This document shows positions 24,470 through 37,789 of a stretch of 64,000 bases of DNA, in pieces. Every line of letters begins with the position of its first letter. The stretch's first letter is position 1. The position numbers and the translations under genes were made by a program. The DNA comes from Phyllobates terribilis (lineage: Eukaryota): contig NW_027362768.1 in the NCBI RefSeq assembly GCF_046119375.1, positions 32,240,001-32,304,000 of the forward strand, given 5' to 3'. The notes under the pieces were generated by a model. It did not search any database and was not told the origin of the DNA. It saw only the letters and a list, made by a program, of their open reading frames with translations.

Positions 24470-27400
24470 TACTGATGAACGAGCATGCTCGTCACTACTC
24501 GTTACTCGCCCGATCATTACAGTGCTCAAGATGCTCGGTACACAGTGAGTATTTTTTTTAATGTTGGAAGGGAGCTTTTTAAGGAGCCAATTAACATGTG
24601 GGGATTGCCTGCTTGTCACTGCACTGTAATGCTGTAGCCATGTTGATAGTGGCAATACAGTGATTGGCTGGCCGCATAGCATCATCGGGTCTATATAAGA
24701 CCTAGCACCCTATGATTATTGCAGCATACCCTGGAGTAGGGAGAGCTGCGACTGAGCGAGGGAGAGAATTTGTATTTATTTTAGGCAAGGATTCCACACC
24801 AGTTGTATTTATTTCATCTGTCCTTGTAGGGAGTCGTTCTGATGAATATTAATACTGCTGTTAGCAGTAGTTAGGGAAAGTTTGTGGAGGGATAATGCAG
24901 TACAGGATAGGATTCATTGCACGTTCTTTCTGCTGCTGGAACTCATATAAATAGCCCTAGTTCTCAGGGATAATAATTATCTTTTTGCTGTTAATCCTGC
25001 TAATTTTTGAGAAAAGCAATATAATACACCATTTATACTGGTCCATTTGTTTAACAGCGTACATCTAGACTTGGTTGATTTAAATAGCATTGCTATAGTG
25101 CAAGCAGTGAAAAAGTCCATCTGAGGTGGGCAAATTTTACTGTGATAATAATCCTGAAATTTTCTTGAAGTTGCAAAATGTTATACTCCATTTAAACTGC
25201 ACCAGTTGTGCATTGAAAACATACATCCAGACTTGGCCGGTAACCAATAGCATCACAATACTGGTATTGCAGTAAAACTTTTCCATCTGAGGTGGTCAGA
25301 TTTTACTGCAGTAATAATCCTGAAATTTTTTTGAAGTTGTAAAATATTATACTCCATTTAAACTGCACCAGCTGTGCGTTGAAAACATACATCCAGACTT
25401 GGCCGATAACCAATAGCATTGCTACACTGCTATTGCAGTGAAACTTGTGCATCTGAGGTGGTCACATTTTTCTGCGGTAATAATCATGATGACTTTTGAA
25501 GCTGCAAAATATTACACTCCATTTAAAATGGGCAAGGCATGTGGTAAGGGATGGGGAAGTGGACGCAATGCTGATGGTGCACGCAGAGGCTGAGGCCGTG
25601 GGCAAGATGAAACTGTGCCTGCTGTGGGATCACAGCAAACACCCACATCATGTCAACCTAGCTTCCTGTCCCACATTGTAGAGAGGTGCGGAACACCACT
25701 ATTGAAGCCAGACCAGTGTGAAAAGGTTGTTGGTTTGATTGCAGATAATGCTTCCAGTCAGTTTGCCGGCACAACCCTGTCTTTCACACGGTCTAGTCTC
25801 AGTAGCCATGAGTCTGGACCACATAATCCTCACCCTTATCCTCCTTCCTCCCACCATGAAGAGTGCCCGGAGACAAGTGATCCCACATTTGGACACTCCC
25901 AAGAGCTGTTCACATTTCCATTTATAGATTCTATTGTCTCACCCTGCCCGATTCAAGCGGGACATGAGGAGATCGCATGTAGCGATGCCCAAATATTTGA
26001 GCAGCCACAGTAACAACAAGGCAATAGTGGGAAAGTGCAATTACTGTCGCAAGTGGGGGGTGATGATGAGACATAATTGCCAGCAAGTCAGGAGGAGGAC
26101 CAGGGTGCAGATGTGGAAGACGAGGTGGTGGACGATGAAGTCACTGACCCAAACTGGGAAGGTGACATGCAGAGCAAGGACGGCAGCGCAGAGGGGGAAG
26201 GATTCGTAGCACCACAACAGGCAGGAAGAGGCAGTGTGGTGGCCACAGACAGAAGGAAGGCAACCATTCCCCATAACATCAACACAACGGAAGTTGACAG
26301 TCCAAAGGTTAGGTCTTTCTGAGTCTGGCGCTTTTTTAAAGGCTGTCCAGTCAACCCAAAAAAGGCCATTTGCAACATCTGCTATGCCAGTATAAGCAGG
26401 AGCAGTACAACTACCAGCCTGACCACCACCAGCATGCTCAGTCACATGACAGCAAAGCACCCGACTAGTTGGGACAAATGGCAGGTTCCAGAAACAATGT
26501 CTGGGGGTGACACCACTGCCTCTTCACCTGTTGTACGTGCATGCCAATACCCTGTCCATGACGCAGGCCAACATGCATCCCAACCTTGCACACTTGCAAC
26601 CACCGTCAGCAACCACGTCCATGATCTTGTCCCAGTTCGGCGTTCAGTTGCCCCTACCCCAGTCCTTGGAAGGCAACCACTATTTCTCCTGGTGTGCCGT
26701 CCCCACCTTACACAAGCACATGACCCATAACATTACCCGTGCTCTCACCAATGCAGTTACATGCAAGGTCCTCTTAACCATGGACACATTGACAAGTGCC
26801 TGTGGCCAGGGACGCTACATTTCCCTGAAGGCACACTGGGTGAATATTGTGGAAGCCAGGACCCAGTCAGACCCTGGGACGGAACACGTGATACTGACGC
26901 TGAGGATTGCGGGCCCTGGTTCAGTCAGGGTTGCCCTCACCTTCTACAGCAGTTCCTGCACCTCCTCCTTCTTCTCACCCTCTGAAACATCAACATCAGT
27001 TGCAAGCTGGAAGCACTGCAGCACTGCCTCAGCCAAGTGATAACAGGCTCTGCTGCAGTTAATCTGCTTTCTTAATTCACACCGCTGCAGAGTTGTTGAA
27101 AGCTCCAAGAGACCAGGCAGATCTGTGGCTCTTGCCCTTGAACCTATAACCAGGCATGGTTGTGTGTGACAATGGCTGTAACTTGGTGGTGGCTCTAAAG
27201 CTTGGCAATCTCGAACACATAACATGCCTGGCCCACTTGCTCAACTTAATAGTTCAGCGGTTTCTCAAAACTTACCCTGATCTGCCTGAGCTGCTTGTGA
27301 AAGTGCAGTGCATGTGTGCCCATTTCCGCAAGTCAGCTACAGCTTCTGACATGAACTGTCTCTCTACGCCTTGGAGGTCCCGGCCTTCACTGGCACTATA

Positions 27401-27660
27401 ACTGATAGGCGCATCCACCTGTCAACTGAAAATGCTGACACGCTGACTCTTATCAAAATGAACAACGGTTGGATTGGCCCAGACTCCTCAACACCACCGA
27501 ATGACAGCAGCAGAATATAAACTCAAATCCTGTGTTTTTTTTCTGGTTTATTTCCATGCACCCCTTCCCACCCAGAAATGGGAATACGCTTCAGGATTTC
27601 TTCTTTTTATGTCATCCTCCGCCTTCTCCTTCTCCTCCATCACCATATCAACAAGGTGAT
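24470..27660 (+). mobile_element. Internally deleted, 3'-truncated hAT copy (transposase remnant ~25528-27510; ~165-bp x3 5' repeats at ~25040-25520)
   Basis: Degenerate TIR TACTGATGAACGAGC; motifs LTMDTLTSACGQGRYISL, VCDNGCNL, CLAH; homologous to hAT-2. Confidence 0.8.
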
Positions 27661-27949
27661 CATAATGTAACCCCCCCATTATTTTTTTTACTTTCAAAAC
27701 ATGTTTTATTAAACAATTTTAACAATTTAGAATGTAAACTTTCTTCAGCAGGATAATTTTTTCCACGCAGAGAAAAAATCAGTCATGTCAGCTTACATTA
27801 AGTGAGATAACAAAATATAACAGAGTAACAAATTATAAAAGATTTTTAGGAGATAAAAAATAAGGAATTGAGGCGGGGTTGGGGAAAGTGAGGAGGGGTT
27901 GGGGGGTTTCTCAGTTGGTAGTTTCCTCTTTAGAATTAGAATCTTTTTA

Positions 27950-28070
27950 CTATTTATTTATTTTACTCAATTATATAGCACCATTAATTCCACAGCGCTT
28001 TACAGACATCATCGCCACTGTCCCCATTGGGGCTCACAATCTACATTCCCTATCAGTATGTCTTTGGAGT
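27950..28070 (-). mobile_element. LINE/SINE 3' tail (L2-like) fragment
   Basis: TTATATAGCACCATTAATTCC...GTCCCCATTGGGGCTCACAATCTA.ATTCCCTATCAGTATGTCTTTGGAG resembles a common amphibian retroposon 3' end (from memory). Confidence 0.45.
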
Positions 28071-28714
28071 CTATCATTAGTTACTATTAGTGTTAAGCGA
28101 GCATGCTCGACACTGCTCGGTACTCGCCCGAGCATCTCACTACTCGGGATGTTCGGAGAGCACCGAGCATTTTCGGGTTACTCGGGCGGGAGCTCGGGTG
28201 TCCGCCCTGCATGTTTGGAGCTCTTTACAGAGCCAATGAACATGCAGGGATTGCCAGCCAGTCACTGTAATGCCACAGCCTTGTTGGTTTTGGGCATTAC
28301 AGTGATTGGCTGGCCGCACAGCGTCACCTCGAGTATTTAAAACCGGGCGCCGCCATCTTGGACACAGTCGCTCCGCATCAGACAGTGTAGGGAGAGTGCT
28401 GCTGAGTTAGGGAGAGATTTATACTGCGAAATAGGTAGTGTAGGGTCTCTAAAGCCTGCAAAATCAAACAAACAGTCCTTCTGAGGACTAATATCCATCC
28501 CAGATATCAGGCAGGCAGGCTGTATAGGAGATGCAGTGGTTATACCAACAAACACTGCATTACAGTCCTGTGTGCTGCTGCTAGACTTAGCCCCAGGTCT
28601 CAGGGGCCAGGAAAAATCCTTCTTTTTCATCTAAATCCTCTTTATTTTTTTTTCCTCAGTCAGATTGTACAAATACCTGTCTTATTAATCTTTTGTTATT
28701 TTCCCCCTCCCCCT

Positions 28715-29700
28715 AAAAATTGAGTGTGTCTGTGAGTGTTCAGACACAAATATATCTGCTTAAAAGAGTCTAATTTCGGCCAGATAACTAGAACTGTGGT
28801 TTTGCTCTTCCACGGTTCAAATCTCTGTATTATGCACTTTTTTGCCTTTTTTCCATAAAAAAAACAGTTTGAGTGTCTCGCTGACTGTTCAGACACAAAT
28901 ATATCTATTTAAAAAAAAGTCTGGTATACTCCAGGAAATTAGAACTGTGGTTTTCCTCCTCCACGGTTCAAATCTGGGTGTTATCCACTTTTTTGCCATA
29001 AAAAAAACAGTTTTGAGTATCTCGCTGACTGTTCAGACACAAATATATGTTTAAAAGATTCTGGTGTAGGCCAGAGAACTAGAACTGTGGTTTTCCTCTT
29101 CCATGGCTCAAATCTGGGTGTAATCCACCTTTTTGCCTTTTTTCCATAAAAAAAAACAGTTTGAGTGTCTTGCTGACTGTTCAGATACAAATATATATGT
29201 TTAAAACATTCTGGTGTAGACCAGAGAAATAGAACTGTAGTTTTCCTCTTCCACGGTTCAAATCTGGGTGTAATCCACCTTTTTGCCTTTTTTACATAAA
29301 AAAAAAAGGTTGAGTGTCTCGCTGACTGTTCAGACACAAATATATCTATTTAAAAAAGTCTGGTACACGCCAGGAAATTAGAACTCTGGTTTTCCTCTTC
29401 CACGGTTCAAATCTGGGTGTTATCCACCTTTTTGCCTTTTGTCCATAAAAAAAACAGTTTGAGTGTCTTGGTGACTGTTCAGACACAAATATATCTATTT
29501 AAAAAAGTCTGGTATACGCTAGGAAATTAGAACTGTGGTTTTCCTCCTCCACGGTTCAAATTTGGGTGTTATCCACATTTTTGTCTTTTTTCCATTAAAA
29601 AAAACTGTTTGAGTGTCTTGCTGACTGTTCAGACACAAATGTTTAAAAGATTCTGGTGTAGGCCAGAGAACTATAACTGTCGTTTTCCTCTTCCACAGTT
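28715..29700. repeat. ~149-bp 5' subterminal tandem repeat of hAT-2 (~6.5 copies)
   Basis: TTGAGTGTCT.GCTGACTGTTCAGACACAAAT recurring about every 149 bp. Confidence 0.9.
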
Positions 29701-29767
29701 CTAATCTCCTTTTAATTACCCTTTTGCCATTGATAGTGCGAGTGTAAGCTATTTTACTTAATTTACA

Positions 29768-32075
29768 ATGGGCAAAGCACGTGACAAGGAAAGTGGAACT
29801 GGATGTTCTCGTGATGGTGCGTGCAGAGGACGGGGCCGTGGCCAAGGAGAAAATGTGCCACAACCAACAGCCACATCTTCTCGCTCTCAGTTCTAGACCT
29901 AATTACTATGGAAGCACACAACAACACCACTATTGCGAACTGATCAGTGTGAACAGGTTATTAATTGGATAGCAAATAATACTTCCAGACACCTGGGCAC
30001 CACCACCTCCGGTCTGTCTTCCACACGGTCAAGTCTTAGTAGCCGTGAGTCTCGACTGCATACATCTCCTCACCCTGATGCTCCTATCTCCCACCATGCC
30101 GAGTGTCATCAGACAGCAACTGATCCCACAGTTGGACACTCTTAAGAGCTGTTCACTGGTCCATTTCTATATTTGGGCCCCTCGCTTGCTCCGCTTGAAG
30201 TGGTGGAAGAGGAGATCCCATGTAGCAATGGCCAAATATTTGAACAGCCACTGCCACAGGAAGGCGACGCTGGCAATTTGTCACAAGAGGTGGACGATGA
30301 CGTAACACAATTGCAACGAATTGAGGAGGAGGACCGTGGTGCGGAAGTGGAAGAGGAGGAGGTGGTGGATGATCTAGTAACTGACCCAACGTGGCAGGAG
30401 AACATGCAGAGCGAAGCCAGCAGCACACAGGGGGAGGGAGGCAGAGTACCCCAACAGGCAGGAAGAAGCAGTGTGGTGGCCGCAGACAGAAGGCGGGCAA
30501 CTGTTCCCCATAACACCAACACAAGGGACACTGACATTACAACCGGTAGGTCTTCCAGAGTCTGGAATTTTTTTAAAGACTCTGCTGACAACCCCAAAAA
30601 ATCCATTTGTACCACCTGCCAGGCCAGCATCAGCAGAAGTGACAAAACTACCAGCCTCACCACCACCAGAATGATCAGGCACATGTCAGCAAAGCACCCG
30701 ACTTTGTGGGGCGAACCCCATGGTCCACGACCAGTGTCAGCGGGTGTCACCACTGCTTCTTCCACAGTTGTGCGTGTAAGAGAACCCCCTGTTGTGCGTG
30801 CAAGGTAATCCCCTGTCCATACTGCATGCAGAGATGCCACTTCCTCTCAGTCTTCACTTGTTATGGCAGTTTCTCAAGAAACCGCATCAACGTCCACGTC
30901 CACGTCCCACCACAGCGTTCAATTGTCCATATCGCAGACCTTTGAACGAAAGCGCAAATTCGCAGCCAACGCCCCACAGGCCACAGTCCTAAATTCGCAC
31001 ATTTCACGACTGCTTGCGTTGGAAATGCTGCCTTTTAGGCTGGTGGATACGCAATCCTTCCGCTACCTTATGGCGGTGGCCGTCCCTCGGTACTCGGTCC
31101 CCAGCTGACACTATTTTGCCCGGTGTGCCATCCCCGCACTACACAAGCACGTGTCCAAAAACATCTGCCGTGCCCTCAACAACGCAGTTACTGGGAGAGT
31201 CCACCTGACAACGGACACGTGGACAAGTGTTTGTGGCCAGGGACGGTACATCTCCCTGATGGCACACTGGGTAAACATAGTGGAAGCCAGTACCCAGTCG
31301 GATCTTGGGACGGAACACATCCTCCCCACACCGAGGATTGCGGGCCCTATGTCAGTCAGAGTTGCCCCCACAGTGTACAGCTCCTGCGCATCATCCTCCT
31401 CCTCCTCCTCATGTTCAGCCTCCATCTCAGATATGACCAGATCAGTTGCAAGTTGGAAGCACTGCATTACTGCCTCAGCCAAGCAGCAACAGGCTGTGCT
31501 GAAACTCATAAGCTTAGGTGATAAACCTCACACTGCTTGTGAGTTGTGGACAGCTGTGAAAGACCAGGCAGATCTGTGGCTGAGACCGTTGAACCTACAT
31601 CCAGGCATGGTCATGTGTGACAATGGCCGTAACCTGGTGGCGGCTCTGAGGCGAGGCAAGATCACACACGTACCATGCCTGGCTCATGTGCTTAACGTCG
31701 TGGTTCAGCGGTTTCTTAAATCGTACACTGAGTTGCCAGATCTGCTCGTCAAAGTATGCCGCCTGTCAGCTCATTTTCGGAAGTCGGCTACAGCTTCCGC
31801 TGCCCTTGCTGTGTTGCAGCAGCGTTTGCAGCTTCCGGCACACTGACTGGTGTGTGATGTCCCCACACGTTGGAACTCTACCCTCCACATGTTCAAAGGA
31901 TTTGTGAGCAGAAGAGAGCAGTTGTGGAGTACCAGCTGCAACAAGGCCGTCGATATTCAGGTCAGACTCCACACATAAGACCTCAGGAGTGGACCTGGAT
32001 GTCTGACATATGTACCATCCTGACAAACTTTGAGGAGTCCACCAAGTTGGTGAGTGGCGATGACGCCATCATTAG
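29768..32075 (+). pseudogene. hAT-2 transposase pseudogene, 5' part
   Basis: BED finger (VWNFFK..ICTTCQASISR..MIRHMSAKH), VHLTTDTWTS, MCDNGRNL, CLAH, PTRWNS; several stops and frameshifts. Confidence 0.88.
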
Positions 32076-33120
32076 TGACGAGCCCCCTGGGCCGCGTGTG
32101 TGTGGGGATACCTGGAACCGGACACGTTGTGGATGCTGGGGGTTGTAGTCCTTGCGTGGCGGGGACCCGGTCCCGTGGCTCAGGGTGCGCAACACAAATG
32201 GCAGTCTATTTAAAGGGTTTTGTGATTAAATGTCCGACTACGCCACCCATGGATTGCGGTCAGAGTGAACCGCCGCTGCAGGGCAGACCGCTGAGGCTGG
32301 TGTTGTGAGTGCAGCAGAGGATAGTATAACTCCCCACGGGAGGAGTATAGCCTCAGGGCAGCAAGTGTGGATGTTGGTGGTGATGGTGCGCGGGAGCGGC
32401 AGTAACCACACGGAGTCTGTCATGCAATTCAGTGTCTTTACTGTTGGTGGTATTAAGGGACCCGTCAGGAATACAGGTTAACAATGGAGGCCTGGTCAGT
32501 CTGAGAGCAACTGGGAAATCTTGCTGGTCAGGGGGAGTTTGTAGGCCTACCGTGCTGACTTCACTCTTTCTTGGCTATCCCGCTGTAGTGTAGTGGTAGC
32601 CCACGTCTCTGAGTGTACCGTGTTGTTCTCACCCGTATGACTGGTGACTCGGGCCTTCCGAGCTTTTCACCCCTCCTGGGCAGTAGTGGTCCTTCTCGTG
32701 TGGCTGAGCCTCCGGGCTTCCTTGGGCCAGAGGACTTGAAGTCCCCTGTGTGGTGGTTTTCTGCTGCTGGGCTTATAACCCTCACAGCTTCGGACTCCAG
32801 TGTCCGGCTTAGTAAGTCTCTGGCCAGGAGGAACTCTGCTAGTTCCCCTCCTGGCCTCGTGTTCCTCCTCTGCCTACAGGGAATCCTCAGCCTGCTGCTG
32901 ACCTGTCCCTATCTGCAAATTGTCTGGAACTTGTCTCTAACTGGTTTCTAGCTGGTCTCTCTAACCCCGCCGCAGATCCAGTTTATAAAGGGCAGGTTTC
33001 TCCCCTCCCTGGACTGAGGCAGGAGGTGCTGCATGCTAATTGTCCCCAACCAGGGAACCTCCCACCTGCTCTCAGACATGACATTGCTGCCACTGTGGCG
33101 ACCAGACCTGGGGTGCCACA
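32076..33120 (-). mobile_element. Solo LTR-A
   Basis: TGACG...CCACA ends; 4-bp TSD TTAG (32072-32075, 33121-33124); same family as LTR-C and LTR-E. Confidence 0.85.
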
Positions 33121-34046
33121 TTAGCGTCAGCATCCCACTTGTCTGTGACGCGCCCCCTGGGCCTGTGCTGTGCAGGGGGGATACCGGGAGCCGGATCGCT
33201 GGTGGTTGTAGTTCTCCGTGGCGGTGACCCGGTCCATGCCCAGGGCGGTCAAACCAGTGGCAGTCTATTGGTATTGTAATTGTCCGACTGCGCCACCCGT
33301 GGATTGCGGTCAGTGGGGACCGCCGCTGCGCTGCAGACCGCTGAGGCTGATGTTGTTTGCGCAGCCGAGTATGGGATAACTCCCCACGGGAGAAGTATTG
33401 CCTCAGGGCAGCTAATGTGGATGATGGGAGTGGTGGTGTGAGCGTCCCAGTAGTAATGGTGCTGGTGCGGCAAGGAATCACAGAGACGTGTGGTGCAGTT
33501 CAGGGTCTTTACTGATGGTATAAAGCAGACCCTCCCGGGAGTACTGGTTAGTGTTGAGCCACCCCCGTAGTGTTCGAGTTCGGTTCGGTTCGTCGAACAC
33601 CCGTGTGTTCACCGAACTGTTCGTCGAACTGTTCGTCGAACACCTTCGAACACCGTTAAAACCAATGGCAGGCAAACAAAAACACATAGAAACACATAGA
33701 AAACACCTTCAAAGGTGTCCAAAAGCTGACAAACTGCTCAGAAGACACAACTAACACATGGAAAAGTGACAAGTACATATAGTCATGCGAAAAGAAAAGA
33801 GGTGGAGGAGTAAAAGGAGGGGGAGACACAGATATAGGCATGTCATGCCCTTCTAAAATCCAAAAAGTGAGAAGCCGACACGTTCAGTCCGCTCCTGCCC
33901 GTGCCACCTCCGTGTCGCCGGGTTTGTGCCATAGCCGCGGTGAGCCCTGACGGCCAGCCCCCCTCTCCCAATACTGGTGCCTGTCCACTGGTGGGTCGAG
34001 CGAGCCCCCTGTGGTGGAGGCAGCTCTAAGCTTTTTAATTTAAATT

Positions 34047-34317
34047 GGCTCTCTAATTTGAATGAATACACTTTAAATCCATTTACAAGGATCTATTGGA
34101 GGGCAAGTCTCATGCCAGCAGCCGCGTAATTCCAGCTCCAGTAGCGTCCACTAAAGCTGCTGCAGTTAAAAAGCTTTTATAAGGATCGAGCTCGGCTGTC
34201 CACCGCAAGGCATCCTACTGCCAGTCCCAGCCCCTATGCCTTGGGGTGCCTCCTGATGCTCTTCACTGAGTATCCCGTGGTCCCGAAGCATTTCCTTTGA
34301 AAACATTAAGTGTCCAA
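34047..34317 (+). pseudogene. 18S rRNA fragment (h17-h18 530-loop through ES6) inside hAT-3 3' subterminal region
   Basis: GGATCTATTGGAGGGCAAGTCTCATGCCAGCAGCCGCGTAATTCCAGCTCCAGTAGCGT...GCTGCAGTTAAAAAGCT; about 85% identity by eye over the first ~130 nt to remembered vertebrate 18S. Confidence 0.92.
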
Positions 34318-34431
34318 CCTACAGGTGGTGTAGCTTGCTTAACAGCTGGGATAATCCGCTGACTAGCAGACACTGCTACTAGGCACAAAGTATTTCCTGG
34401 GCTAGATGCAGTTAAAAATTTGTAATTAGAT

Positions 34432-36250
34432 ACTCTCGTTGGATGCTGAGAAAGCATTCCATAGAGTCTCCTGGCACGCCATATATGATTCTCTTAAAAA
34501 GCTTGGGGTAGGGGTCTAGGGGACCCTTTTATAGCCAAAATCACGGCCCTGTATCACAATACGTCACCTAGGCTGAAGATAAATGGAACTGTAGCACCCT
34601 GAGGGCTCGGTTGCTACAGAGGTATTGCACCTCACCCAGAGGTGTGATATCTCACTCTCAGGTAAGGATGGAGTGTGGATCATGACCCGACACCTGCATG
34701 CATTACACCACATTGCCGTGGGGCAGGACGACCAATATGCCTCTGAGATGGGCACGACAGTCCCTGTCCCTGGCTGGAGTGGGGGGAGGGAACACTGAGG
34801 AAGGGGAACCCTGTAGTGCAGGAGCAGGGAGGAAGCAGTTCCTGGGTGCATTGAGAAGGGAGTATAAAAGGTGGGCACCATCTTAGTTCAGTGCAGAGAA
34901 GTCTGAGCAGAAGTGGCAGGGAGCAGGGGCTCTGCATGAGCTCTGCTCCGGAGGCGGGCCTAGTAACAGAGGCCCAGGCCTGGAAGAGGGAGAAGGAAGG
35001 AAGAGGAGCGGAGAAGGCTCCAGGAACAAGGAATGAAGGGATCCCAGGGGTGCGGACGGGCGAGTCGCCACCGCACGCCCAAATCCACCTGCGTGGAGGG
35101 GTCAGGCCAAAGGGGGAGACCGGTCCCCGAAACTAGTGGAGGCAGGAAACGACCCTCAGCTAGAAACCGGAGGCTGTGTCATTTTATGTGGCGCAGCCCC
35201 TCGCTACACCCGCTAGGAAGGCACCACATAGGGTCAGGGAAACTGGCGCCAAGTTTACCAAGAGGAGGCCCGAGGCAGCCGGACAGAAGGGTTGGTGAGA
35301 AAGGCCAGACAAAGGACACACAAAGGGGGTCCTGTGAAGCGCTCCAAAGTTATCTGGGAGTTGTCTGAGCCCCTCACCTGGTGAGCACAGTACGACGTGG
35401 GCAGCCGTTACCTGCAGACGTGGTCTGGATAATAAGAACTGTGAGTAAAGGCCCTGGACTGCATCACTGACTCCGTGTCGTTACTGCTGCTGCCCTGCAC
35501 CATCACCCCCATCGTCCGCATACACTGCCCTGAGGCTATACTCCTCCCGTGGGGAGTTATGCTACGCTCTGCTGCACCCACAACACCAGCCTCAGCGGTC
35601 TGCCCTGCAGCGGCGGTTCACTCTGACCGCAATCCACGGGTGGCGTAGTCGGACATTTAAACATCAAAACCACATAAATAGTTCCGCCACTGGTTTGACC
35701 ACCCTGAGCCACGGAACCGGGTCGCCGCCACGAAGACTACAACCACCAGCATCCACCAAAAAGGGTCCGGCTCCGGGTGTCCCAAGGCCCAGGGGGTGCA
35801 TCAGAACATTTTCATCACCTTTCACAATCACCAATGGGACAAGGCAGGGATGTCCTCTGTCCCCTCTCTTATACATCCTAGTGACGGAGCACCTGCTCTC
35901 ATCAATTCGCCATAACCCCAATATTAGGTGGATTGAGGTGGGAGGCACCGAGTACAAGTGCTCTCTATTTGCTGATGATGTCCTAGTATATATCACTCAA
36001 TCACATATATCCATCCATGCTGTTATGGCTGAAATAGATCACTTTGTTACATGGTCAAATTTTAAAATCAATGCAGCGAAGTCTGAGGCCCTCGATGTCT
36101 CCCTCCCCAAATCCATATAGGATTCCATCCAGTCCAACTTTCCCTTTGCCTGGCCCTCACAGGGTATCAAATACTTAGGAATTCCTATTCATAGAGACCT
36201 CTCCCATCTATGTTATCTTAATTTTGGGCCCTTTATTGAACAACTCCATA
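34432..36250 (+). mobile_element. L1-clade reverse-transcriptase fragment split by LTR-C
   Basis: LDAEKAFHRVSW ... NGTRQGCPLSPLL ... LFADDVLVY ... FKINAAKSE. Confidence 0.88.
34590..35803 (+). mobile_element. Solo LTR-C
   Basis: TGTAG...CATCA ends; perfect TSD GAAC (34586-34589, 35804-35807); TATAAAA near 34863; AGTAAA near 35444. Confidence 0.9.
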
Positions 36251-36325
36251 CAGACCACGGTTGGCAAGTTAGAACTGTAAGATTCACTACGTGAACCACT
36301 GGTGTTTTGTGGAAAAGCACATGTA

Positions 36326-37660
36326 CACTGTGTTCCAAATTATTATGCAAAAAGTGTTTAGGAGTGATAAACTCATTGATGGTGATGTGTGTCAGAGCTC
36401 TTTATATCACTGTAAGCAATTGCAGACACCTGTGCTAATTAGTTTGGCAGGTGTGTCCAATGAAAGGCAAGACTACTTAAGAAGGCTGTCTCACATTATT
36501 AAGCAGCCTACATTTTCTGCCAAAATGCGAAAGAAAAAGGATGTGTCGGCTGCTGAGAAGCAACAAATTGTGGAGTGTTTAGGTCAAGGCATGACTACAA
36601 TCAACATTGTGCGATGATCAGGATGAAGTGTCTTGGCAATCAAGAAGTATGTAGCTGATTCACAGTACACACGTGTGCGTGCTGATAAGGGCAAATTGAG
36701 GACTCTTTCCTACAGGCAATTACGTCAGGTTAAAAGAGCAGCGGCAAAAAAGCCTTGTCATAGCAGCAGATAAGTTTTTGAAGCTGCTGGTGCCTCCAAC
36801 GTCCTCCGAACAACAAGATGCAGGGTCCTTCAGAGGTTTGCAGCTGTGCATACGCCATCCTGTCGACATCCTCTATCCACTTCACACAAGCAGAAACGGC
36901 TCCAGTGGGCCAAACATTACATGAAGACTGATTTCAAAACTGTTTTGTTCACGGTTGAGTGCCGTGCAGCGCTCGATGGTCCAGATGGATGGAGTGGAGG
37001 ATGGCTGGTTGATGGACACCCCATGCAAACACCGCTACAGCGCCAACAAGGAGGAGGTGGAGTAATGTTTTGGGCTGGAATCATGGGGAGAGAGATTGTC
37101 GGCCCCTTTAGGATCCCTGAAGGCGCTAAAGATGAACTCCATAATGTATGTGGATTTTCTCAAACAGCACTTCCTGCCATGGTTCAAAAAGAAGAACCGT
37201 GTATTTCACAGCAAGATCATTTTTTTGCATGATAATGCACCATCTCATGCTGCACATAAAATATCTGCAACTCTGGCTGATATGGGCATAAAAGGGGACA
37301 AACTTATGGTGTGACCCACATGCTCCCCTGACCTCTACCCCATTCAGAACCTCTGGAGCATCATCAAAAGGAGTGTCTATGATGGCGGGAGGCAGTTCAC
37401 ATCTAAGCAACAGCTCTGGGAGGGTATTCTGTCCTCATGCAAAACAATTGAAGCAGAAACCATCCAAAACCTGACAAATTCAATGGACGAGAGAGTTCAG
37501 AAGCTCCTTTCGAACAAGAAAGGATGTGAAAATGTAACATCACCTAGAATAAAGTTTTGAGTTGAAAACTGTTTGATTTCAGTTTCTAATAACCTGCTAA
37601 TGCTTATAATTTCAAAAATGACCATTTTTTGGTCTTTATTAAAATGAAAAGGTTCATCGA
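36326..37660 (+). mobile_element. Tc1 element, right end deleted, inactive transposase
   Basis: TA then CACTGTGTTCCAAATTATTATGC TIR; LFTVECR (first D lost), HDNAPSH, PDLYPIQNLW (E to Q); frameshifts. Confidence 0.88.
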
Positions 37661-37789
37661 AAAGTTTGGGGGATCTAAGAGTGTGGCAACCCAGTAGTCA
37701 TGATTACTTCGAATTCTGACAATATGAGGGTCATGTTGCAGGTAGTGCAGCAAGAAGGCACTTATGTGTCTTGCGCATCTCGGAGCCCC

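Noticed and set aside
34047-34317. Functional rRNA gene or contaminant 16S/18S
   Set aside because: Short, diverged in invariant positions and embedded in a TSD-bounded transposon; ES6 is vertebrate-like
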